Shown here: one piece after another, positions 53,881 through 64,000 of the stretch
Position numbering within the stretch: the first letter of the stretch is position 1
How the letters are laid out: every line of letters starts with the position of its first letter
Source: Octopus vulgaris
Lineage: Eukaryota
Direction of reading: 5' to 3'
Length of the DNA: 64,000 nt
Assembly (NCBI GenBank): GCA_951406725.2
Contig: OX597824.1
Location: forward strand, 95,728,001-95,792,000
Notes under the pieces: model-generated
The model's database searches: none
What the model saw: only the letters and a program-made list of their open reading frames with translations
What the model was told of the DNA's origin: nothing
Program-made: the position numbers and the translations under genes

Positions 53881-54178
53881 TGGCACTCCGTCGGTTCCAG
53901 TTGATCCGATCAACAGAACAGCCCCTGCTCGTGAAATAAACGTGCAAGTGGCTGAGTACTCTACAGACACGCGTACCCTTAAACGTAGTTCTTAGGGAGA
54001 AAACAAAATGGGACAAGACTGGTCCTTTGAAATACAGGTACTACTAATTTTTGCCAGCTGGGTGGACTGGAGCAACGTGAAATAAAGTTACTTGCTCAAG
54101 GACACAATGCATCGCCGCGAATTGAACTCACAACCTTACAATCGTGAGCCGAATACCCTAACCACTAAGCCACGAGCC
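53881..54178 (-). mobile_element. SINE family C (long-tail variant)
   Basis: Homologous to 42073-42393. Confidence 0.82.
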
Positions 54179-55511
54179 TTCACAATACTTTCCCTAAATA
54201 GGGAAGGTCACTATAGATGACGTAGTCTTAAGTCAGTCACGGACAACCGCGGGACTTTCTTAATGTCACTCTTAACGAAAAATTGCCTTGAAGTGTTCTA
54301 GCTGTGCGGCCCGCCTGATTATGAGTTATGTCCCATGCGGCCCGCTTCTCGCAAAATGTTGCCCGTACCAAAATAGGATTGTTAGGGTTTTGATGATCAT
54401 AGGTCTGCTCCATAGGACTGAACTGGGACGAAACAACAACATCGACAATAACAAGAGGTGCAGCAATAATAACAGCAACAGCAGCAGCAACTAATTATAG
54501 GGTTAATTGGTTGTTAATTAATGCTATTAGTCTATTTGTATGTTCTACAAGCAAACTTAACGAGTCTATGTGTTTAGTGATATGGCGACGAAAATCCTGG
54601 AAGCCGAATATTTATTTTGAATACTTATTGACCCCGATTTCCACTTCAACTTAATAATAAAAATCAATGAATCGCTGTTTGTAATCAGATTAATAAACAA
54701 CAACAAAGTTTATGATTTAAAACACGGGACAAATTAATTATTCTAACGACACAGCATCATTAATTACACGTCACATTCAACGCATCAAACACGACCGCTT
54801 GTTGTAATGATACTCATTTACAACGGAGCAAAAACTTGCACCGAGTAAACACAACGATTTATCACAGGTTTTATCAAGTAAGAGCTTCTGAAATAACAAA
54901 GACAAATCACCTCGTTGTTGTATTAGGGAATTTAATCCACTGGATGCAATTACCAATGCAAAGTCGGTTTGTTTTGTTTTTGATTTTGTATCTGTGCTAT
55001 GCGCTTCTTCATTAACATTTGACATCTACGTATCAAATATCAATCTGCTACACGATTTCTGAAAGCCAAGGTTAGACTAGAACCATAACACTTTGAAATA
55101 TATTCATTCTTTCTCGTTTATCTAATTTCAAGCGCCAACACTGCCATCTGTTACCTAAATCCAAGGCAGAGCAACACCATCTGGTGCTTAATCCAAGCTT
55201 CCCCTACACTCCACCACCTGATACGTAATCCAAGTTCCCCCAACCCACTGCCTGCTGCAACCATTCGCGTCAGGATTCCGGTTTGAGGATATTTCCCTCC
55301 CTCCCTCCCATTAGTCTTGGAAAACTCTGCAATGGGTCATGAGCACTGCCTACTGTCCTAATTATAAAGTAAATAATGGTGATAATAATAATAGTAATCG
55401 TTTCTACTAAGATCTAAAATTCAGTGAGAGAGGACAAGTCGATTTCATCGACCTCAGTGTTTCACAGGTACTTAATTTATCGACCCCGAAAGGATGAAAG
55501 GCAAAGTCGAT

Positions 55512-55768
55512 AACATCCTTAAACAACCCTTATTCAAGGACCTTTTAAGCGGGTTGGGCTACTCGACCTGAAGAAAATTCTAACTGGGCCTCATCTGCAA
55601 GGTCATGCGCTGCTTATCATGATATGAGATCACTACGTCACGCACACATGGTTGTGACGCATGTGCCTGGCGTACCCTTATCAGACGGGTAGTCATGATG
55701 GGTAAACTGGGCTCCATATATTTTACCCCAGTGTCATTTTGATGGCATGCACTGCACTCTCACTCAAT
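55512..55768 (+). mobile_element. TAA-tailed retroelement 3' end
   Basis: Ends ...gcatgcactgcactctcactcaa, followed by ~150 bp of (TAA)n; second copy at 9810-9951. Confidence 0.7.
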
Positions 55769-55776
55769 AATAATAA

Positions 55777-55842
<66 letters not shown>

Positions 55843-55864
55843 TAATAATAACAATAACAACAAC

Positions 55865-55916
<52 letters not shown>

Positions 55917-56147
55917 TGATAGCACAATTTCTCATTTCTGAAAGTTGTATTTTTATGTTTTGTTTCTAACGATGTACCCAGAACTGCCTTATTTAATATA
56001 TACTACTTTTTCTAATATTGTAGGGTGTGATTTGAAGGAGATCTAGCTATTATTTCTAAGAGAGGAAGTACAACGTAGAGGCTCCCTCACTGGCTCGTCA
56101 TATTTGTCCATTTCTTAAGACAATAAAATGTTTAACCAACGAGATAA

Positions 56148-56297
56148 ACCGCATTTACTCGTGAATGAGTTGCACTATTTTAAACTTGATTTTAGCTGAA
56201 AGACTACAGTTCGACTTATACAGAGAGCAAAGACTTAACGCAAAATATGGGGTGCAACTTATACACGAGTGTTATTTATACTCGAGTAAATATAGTG
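56148..56297. mobile_element. pogo/Tc2-like MITE relic
   Basis: Ends accgcatttactcg and cgagtaaatatag; subterminal (c)gacttatac/caacttatac repeats. Confidence 0.45.
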
Positions 56298-57436
56298 TTT
56301 AACCAATGAAATATATCTCAATGCTGCAATATTAAAAATTGGGATCTATATCATATCCATGTTAATCTTTTCTGAAAGAAATACGCATTAATACAACAGA
56401 AAGTAGCCATTTTTTTTCTCCCTCGCGGGCTGTAAAAGTGTTAAGTGCCTGGCCGTGTTGGTCCAATTTATTATGTGCGAAGGGGTAAAACAAAAAAAAA
56501 AAGAAAGAAAATGGTTCTACCTTTTATTGCAACACCTGTAAAATAGTGGGAACTAGCGTTAAGTACATTATCGGCCAGTATGAGTGAGACATGGGCCGTG
56601 AAATTATCTTAACTCATGTGTGAACAGATAGATTGGTTATAAGAATTTAATAAACGAAATAATCTTATTAAATGGAGTGGTGAAGTGTTTTGTTTCAGAT
56701 AAAACAAGATTACACACAACCTACGACGGCCTACAGACTAACACCAAGCGCAGCGGACAACAACAGAATTGTTTCTTTCAGCCATTGCTAACATAGCGAA
56801 TGTGGAAAACCTACTTCGACATCCATTCATGTTAGAAATACATTTACTCCGTGTTAAATAGATTCCACCGTTCAGCGTTAAGATTACACTATCAAATGTA
56901 ATTCTTGTATATTCACACTGTTTCTGAATTAATCATGCTTTATCTCGTAGCTTCGAGATTTCGATGGTGTAATTGTTTATTTTCCGAATGACATTGGTCC
57001 GTCTGAACATAAAACGGGTAAAAATACCTGGGCCGGACATGGATGGCTTAAATACTAAAACAGAGATATTGAAGTTTCCAATCTCTTAGTTTTACACTAT
57101 TTACTAAACAGACTTACAGACATTGTATCAACAAGGAAGTCTCTGTTTACAGACATAAAATATTAGTGTTATCTAATGTGGTATACTTTGGTAGAAATAG
57201 CAGCCGAATCTCCCCTCAAATCGCACCCTATTTTCTTATATACAAAAAGAATATGTGAGGAAGACAGTTTCGGCGACCCCCTTACAAGGCTTCTGAGACT
57301 TATGGGAGGAAGGCATATCGAAATGCTCGCGACTGGTGGTGGGTGCTGTTGAACCGTGCGATGTATTAAGTCTACCACGAAACCGTACATACTCGAAAAA
57401 CTGGTCGACTCGTTCAAATTTGGCCAAAAGCTAATC

Positions 57437-57468
<32 letters not shown>

Positions 57469-57821
57469 CCTGTGGCTGTGGTGAATCTCCGTCGTTCGTC
57501 GATAAGAAATTGCTCGTTCGAACAAATGAATGACCTGCTTCTGAAATTAACAAGTGAATAAAAATCGCATTCCACAGACGCCTACATTTTTTAGCGCAAT
57601 TCTCCGGCAGCAGCAGCGAGACATAATGTGTGACAAGACTGTACTTATGTTTTTTTCTTTTATGAACTACAGGTATAATCCATCCGAAGGGCTCCTATGC
57701 AGTTTCCATCGAGTCTATTTCATTCTCAAGGTATGGGTCGACTACGAATTTCCACTGGTAACAAAATGAACTTAACCTATTCGGTGACACTGCACTGAGT
57801 AACAACACACACTAGTCTGTG

Positions 57822-57871
<50 letters not shown>

Positions 57872-57904
57872 TATATGTATGTATGTATGTATATATATAT
57901 ATAT

Positions 57905-58097
57905 AAAGTTAATCCAAACATGAAAACACAAAGAGAAAACACAAGAACGCGAGGACGTGGAACAAGTATAGTGTTATTGGACCCTCGAGAAAGGAAAGAA
58001 AGAAGGAGGATTTAACGTTTCAAGAGGAGCTCTTCGTCAGAAACATAGGAATAGGAAAGGTCCAAGGAAGAGAAGACGGAGGGAAAAAATCGCCAAC
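57905..58097 (-). mobile_element. (TA)n-embedded hammerhead cassette, family 1
   Basis: Homologous to 20988-21205 over ~190 bp; (TA)n on both sides. Confidence 0.78.
58010..58044 (-). ncRNA. Minimal type I hammerhead ribozyme, canonical core
   Basis: GUUU-CUGACGA-AGAG(CUC)CUCU-U-GAAAC-GUU/AAAU. Confidence 0.75.
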
Positions 58098-58113
58098 GAT
58101 ACACACACGATCA

Positions 58114-58173
<60 letters not shown>

Positions 58174-58226
58174 TAATGCAATACAAAGTATTGCCTTCCA
58201 GTAAAAAGTAGCCCGTGAGGGAAAAA

Positions 58227-58291
58227 ATACACAAATTAGTAAATAAATGGCACAACTATCGGTACTTAGTTGTGCCATTTATTTACTAATT

Positions 58292-58298
<7 letters not shown>
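58227..58298. repeat. Perfect 32 bp-arm hairpin inside a (TA)n-flanked cassette
   Basis: atacacaaattagtaaataaatggcacaacta-tcggtact-tagttgtgccatttatttactaatttgtgtat. Confidence 0.93.
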
Positions 58299-58341
<43 letters not shown>

Positions 58342-58345
58342 TGCA

Positions 58346-58393
<48 letters not shown>

Positions 58394-58542
58394 CATATAT
58401 ATAACAGATGAGAGGAATCAGGTGCGAGAAGTGATGTTTACTGTATTAGTTTACAGATGTTTCATAATCGTGTTAGTTATGTAACAGATACATCACCATT
58501 CACACGTATATAGAATATACATATGAATATATATATGTACAC

Positions 58543-58588
<46 letters not shown>

Positions 58589-58624
58589 TCAGCTCAGAGC
58601 TGTGGCCATGCTGATGCACCACCG

Positions 58625-58668
<44 letters not shown>

Positions 58669-59456
58669 CATATATTTGTTTGTGTGTGCGTGTACGTATG
58701 TAGTATGTGTGTATGCATACATATATATGCATATATATACTCATGTCAGTGTATATGTATGCACACACACTTACACACACACACACTCACACACACACAC
58801 ACACAATCACACACTCTCCCTCTCTCGCACACACATGTTTTGTTTCCCTATCGCAAATCACTTATTTCGTGTCACTTTTTCAAAAAAAAAAAACAACCGT
58901 ATTCTTAACACTCCGTTAACGAAGAGGAGTTTCCACCAAACAATGGCGATCCTATTAATACAAGACACATTTCCATAAACAATAGAACGAGAGAAACGCT
59001 GCTTTCCCAAACACTTTACTTCTAAAACTGAAAGAAACAAGAGAATTACCAAAACAATAGTGTCATTATACACTTATTATGTGTACATTCCTAAATAATG
59101 GAATCGCAAGTGATATCAGATATATTTTTCCCAAATAAAGACGCCTTTGTATTATTAGCATTCGAAATAAACTTGCTTGGCTTTGTGTGTTTGCTTATTG
59201 TAACAAAAGAAATAGATCTTCCCAAACCCAGGCAGTTCAGCGATAATATTTGAATATTTAGACTTGTGTAGTTGAGAAGTTATATTTAGGACTTCAGTTC
59301 AGATTTATTCTCTTCCCACTCGGGTGAAAATGAATCGCTTTTTCAAATTTTGGAACGAGGCCAGCAATTTTTTACTTATTCATTAATTTTTTTTTTTTTT
59401 TGGTGTTGGAGGGGGTTTAATCGATTACAGAGATCCCAACCCTTGAATCTTGAATA

Positions 59457-59668
59457 AGGCAGTAAGCTGGTAGAAACGTTAGCACGTCGGGCGAAATGCT
59501 TAGCAGTATTTCGTCTATCTTTACGTTCCTGAGTTCAAATTCCGTCGAGGTCGATGCCTTTCATCCTTTCGGGGTCGATAAATTAAGTACCAGTTACGCA
59601 CTGGGGTCGATCTAATAGACTGCCCCTCCCCCAAAATTTCGGGCCTTGTGCCTAGAATAGGAAAGAAT
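59457..59668 (+). mobile_element. SINE family B (B2 tail)
   Basis: Full copy. Confidence 0.88.
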
Positions 59669-60839
59669 ACTTGAGACGAACAGAATAAGTACTAGGCTTT
59701 AAAAAAAGTCCTGGGTCCGATTTGTTCGACTAAAACCCTTCAAGGCGGTGCTCCAGCCTGGCCGCTGTCAAACGACTGAAACAAGTAAAAGAATAAAAAG
59801 CAAAAGAATAGGCAACAGCATGGCTGTTTGCTTAAGAAGATTGCTTCACAACCGCGTGATTTCGACTTCGTTCCACTGCATGGCAATTTGGATAGTGCCT
59901 TCTGCTATACTCCTAGGCTGGTGAGTGAATTTGGTAACGGAAATTGTGTGGAATCCCATCATACACACACAAACACACACACACACACACATACACACAC
60001 ACACAAACACGCACACACACACACACACACACATACATATATGTATGTATACACATACACATCCTCCTAACTTGACGGTTCAACAAAAGAGACGAAAAGA
60101 AGAAGTTCAAGACATTTAAAATATGAGTACCGGTGTCGATTTGTCCGACTAAACCTTTCCAGATGAGGTCCGAACATGTCCGTGTTCCAGTGACAGAAAC
60201 GAATAAAGATAAAACAAAAGATGGCATCTCAGAGAGCAGACGACACTAAATACAAACCTGTTTTCGTTTTGTTCAAGTTTGTCTTTTTCTATTTTTATAT
60301 TTATTTAACACAAAAGTTGCCAAATATTGAATGTCACAGATATTCCCACAGATATTTGATGGGAAGCCCAATCAAATCTGATGAATTTTTACGAATATTT
60401 TTGGCTGTGAAAAATATTTAAAATCTCGGGACAATGAGCTCTGGATATAATGAGACACGTGACCGGTAACACGTGCTGTTATATTTAATGGCTAACAAAA
60501 CTTCGTGTGCCATACAAAAATAAGCAAAGGAAAAGTTTTAAGTAAAAGCTTAATTATTTTTTAAAAACGTATCAACATACAATATAGGCAAATTATTAGT
60601 TTTTTTTTAATTAGGTAACATATTTTTATTAATTGAAAAAATGAAACAAAACAAAGACTGTCAAAATTTACCTATTGTATCGTGGTAAATGCGACACTGG
60701 AAAATCTCTGTTGTGCTCTCTTTTCAATACACACACACACACACATATATTGGTTTCAAATTTTGGCACAAGGCCAACAAATTCAGGGGTGAGAATAAAT
60801 CGAATACATTGACCCCCGATACGGAAAAGATGAAATGAA

Positions 60840-61032
60840 ATGGTTTCAAATTTTGCCACAAGGGCAGCAATTTTTACATCGACCCTAGTATTCAACTGGT
60901 ACTTAATTTATCGACCCCGAAAGGATGAAAGGCAAAGTCGACCTCGGCGGAATTTGAACTCAGAAACGTAAAGACGGACGAAATGCCGCTAAGCATTTCG
61001 TCCGGCGCGCTAAAGATTCTGCCAGCTCGCTG
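60840..61032 (-). mobile_element. SINE family B
   Basis: Reverse-complement copy with a duplicated tail fragment at ~60750-60835. Confidence 0.85.
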
Positions 61033-61039
61033 CCTGAAT

Positions 61040-61103
<64 letters not shown>

Positions 61104-61214
61104 GCACTGATGCTGTACCAGGCAGTGGCTCTCGTGGCTTCTGATCTTAACTGATTGGAAGCGGTGGAGGTGGTGGTGGTGGTGGTGGTGGTGGTGGTGG
61201 TGGTGGTGGTGGTG

Positions 61215-61255
<41 letters not shown>

Positions 61256-61854
61256 AGTCAAACAGAATCTCTACGACTTTTCATCGCCTTTCATGAAATC
61301 CTAACCTCTGACGATTCTGTTTATGGAGCTAAAGTAGAATCCAGCATGCTTGTAAATTCAACTTTTGAGTCATTAGTCTCTGGAGAGAAAAGTTATTTGG
61401 CGAATGAGATTTGCTAAGAGGGTGTGGTTGAGACGAGGGCCACAGTCTGCTCTCTCATGTGACAATATCCACATTGTGCTCTCTCTGTTTGTTTTGGGTG
61501 TGAATTTTTATTTCTTCATTTTTGCACACAAAGTGTCCAGTGTTTTAGATTAAATAACAGGAAGACGATAACAACACCGACAACATCAACACCAACAACA
61601 ATTATAATGAGGAAAAGAGAAGACATGATGACGACAATGATAATGACAATGGCGATTGTAGTGATAATGACGATGATGATGATGACTGCGTCGATTATTA
61701 TTATGATTATTATTTTGTTGTTGTTTTTTTTAAGGCGGCGAGCTGACAGAATCGTTAGCACGGCGGGCGAAATGCTTAGCAGTATTTCGTCTGCTGCTAC
61801 GTTCTGAGTTCAAATTCCGCCGAGGTCGACTTTGCCTTTCATCCCTTTCGGGAT

Positions 61855-62058
61855 TACTCTTTTACTTGTTTCTGTCATTTGACTGTGGCCATGCTGGAGC
61901 ACCGCCTGTAGTCGAGCAAATCGACCCCAGGGCTTATTCTTTGTAAGCCTAGTACTTATTCTATTGGTCTCTTTTGCCAAACCGCTAAGTTACGGGGACG
62001 TAAACACACCAGCATCAGTTGTCAAGCGATGCTGGCGGGGGGACCACACAAACATACT

Positions 62059-62093
<35 letters not shown>

Positions 62094-62237
62094 ATATATA
62101 CGACGGGCTTCTTTCAGTTTCCGTCTACCAAATCCACTCACAAGGCTTTGGTAGGCCCGAGGCTATAGTAGAATTCCAAGGTGCCACACAGTGGGACTGA
62201 ACTCGGAACCATGTGGTTGGTAAGCAAGCTACTTACC
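61855..62237 (-). mobile_element. SINE family A nested inside a plus-strand SINE B (61733-62372)
   Basis: B head at 61733-61852, A in reverse, B resumes at ~62238-62372. Confidence 0.87.
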
Positions 62238-64000
62238 TCACAGCCACTCCTACGCCTATCGGTAAAATAAGCATCAATTGAACACTGGAGTCAATGTAAT
62301 CGACTAGACCCCCCCATACCCCCCACTCGCCACTCCTTAAAATTTCAGGCCTTGCGCCAATAGTAGAAAGGATTATTGTTATTGTTGTCTTTGTTGCTGC
62401 TGCTGGTGCTACTGGTGCTTCTTCACTGCAAATTCGCTGAGATATATCTTGCCTTTGTATTACCCTAAATACTTCCGCGACGATTGTGGCCGATAAAGAA
62501 ACCATTATCATCATCATCATCATCATCATCATTGTTATCGCTGTCGTTGTTGTTGTTATTGCTGTATTCTATCATTAGCGTAAAACCAGAAATTTTTTGG
62601 TAGACTTAAGTCGACCCAGTTCTTCATGACTGATACTTGTTTTAACAACCCTGGAGGTTTGAAAGGCAAAGACGGCCCCCAGCGGGATAATAAATTCAGA
62701 CCCCCCTATAGAACGTAAACAGAACCCGAAATACATAGGAGGGGATGGGAGGTGAAGGGAAAAAGTAATAGGCACGAAGTAAAGGGAAAACGGGGTGCGT
62801 GGAATGGATGAGGAAAAGTAGATGGATATGGATGAAAAAACGGGGCCAAGGGGCAATGAGTGGGAGAGATTAAGGGAAAGGAACGAGGGCGATAAAGAAA
62901 TATAATTGTCGCCTTAGAGATGAACACACAACAGGGACTGTAGCGTATGTTATAAAAGGACTTTATATTAAGGAAAGGGGCCTTAAATTAAAAACATTAC
63001 TTTATTGAATTATAACTATGTTTATAGATTCATCTGTGTGTTTGAAGGACCAATATATAAAATCAGCGAGCATGGTAATCGAAATGAATTCAAAAGCACC
63101 GACTGTTATTCGATTCATTAGTTTTGGAGTGCTTATGACTGATGAGACACAACGAGATCGAAACACAGGGTGTCCGAAAACCCTTTGCGCTAAGGAATCG
63201 GGCGTGTTATGAACGCACATTCGTCGTAGAGGAAAAGCTGTTCTCCTATGACGCAACACAACAGGGAACAGCATGGTCATGTTCGAATCTGCCTGAACGT
63301 ATTAAGAATATGCAAGCCATCGTCGGTACTGTTTATTATTTCACCTAAAGGATGATATTTATCGTTTAGTCAACGTGTTTGAGATATTGAGATGGTTAAT
63401 CCTGCAATCGAACGGCTTGGATACGGTAAATTATATGACGAATTTGAATGAACGGACCCTTCATCTGTAGAATCTTATTTCGTTTAAACAAAAACCCTAA
63501 AACTACAAAGTATAAATGCTACAACATTATGCAAATTCACTAATGTAGGACATTGTTTCTAAGCAACTAAAATGGAGTTAAACATTCTCTTTAGATACGC
63601 AACTCTAATATAATGTAAATTTGTTTTTGTGGTCTAATGTGGAATATGGAAAGACATGTGGCTGACTGTAAATACATACAAACTGACGACGCTCAATGAT
63701 GCAGAAATGCACATTTAGCATTCCCAACCAGCCACTGCCGGGACGATTTTCGTCTACCTCTGCCATATTGTGTTTCTAAACACAGCACGTCCATAAAGAT
63801 ATTATATACAGTTAAATACCGCAGAAAAATTTACTTTTCGCGGTGTATTTACATAAAGTATGAAACACAGATGGCTATTTTAATCCGCTTCTGTTGCACA
63901 TAACGGATTCTTTTTGTAACGCTACAAATATTAATTCCCTAATTGTGCCATAGTTTTACTAAACAGCAAAAGGTTAAAGGAGCAAAACTGCACATAACAT

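Noticed and set aside
58402-58508. Possible further hammerhead on the minus strand (GAAACA-UC-UGUA)
   Set aside because: Core and stem I are too degenerate to call.
63139-63174. Hammerhead-like ctgatga...gaaacacagggtgtc
   Set aside because: Core, stem III and GUC are present, but stem I does not pair and stem II is weak. cagggtgtcc may instead be a mariner TIR fragment.

Overview
AT-rich, very repeat-dense eukaryotic DNA with no recognisable host protein-coding gene, probably intronic or intergenic. The SINE families and microsatellite load resemble an octopus (coleoid cephalopod) genome; this is an inference. Almost all listed ORFs are microsatellite or SINE artefacts. The window holds dozens of copies of three tRNA-derived SINE families (called A, B and C here), an R4/Dong-like RLE-LINE fragment sitting in a (TAA)n tract, a Tx1/L1-like 3' relic, a decayed Penelope-like element (RT C-terminus plus GIY-YIG), DNA-transposon relics and MITEs (Tc1/mariner, piggyBac-like, hAT, pogo/Tc2-like), a compound ~100 bp minisatellite and large microsatellites. 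The main finding is a set of at least four families of short non-coding cassettes embedded in (TA)n tracts. Most copies carry a type I hammerhead ribozyme of the minimal Penelope pLTR kind. Some form head-to-head palindromes, one is truncated at the predicted cleavage site, and one family has a non-canonical CUGUYGA core. Repeat boundaries were read by eye and are approximate.
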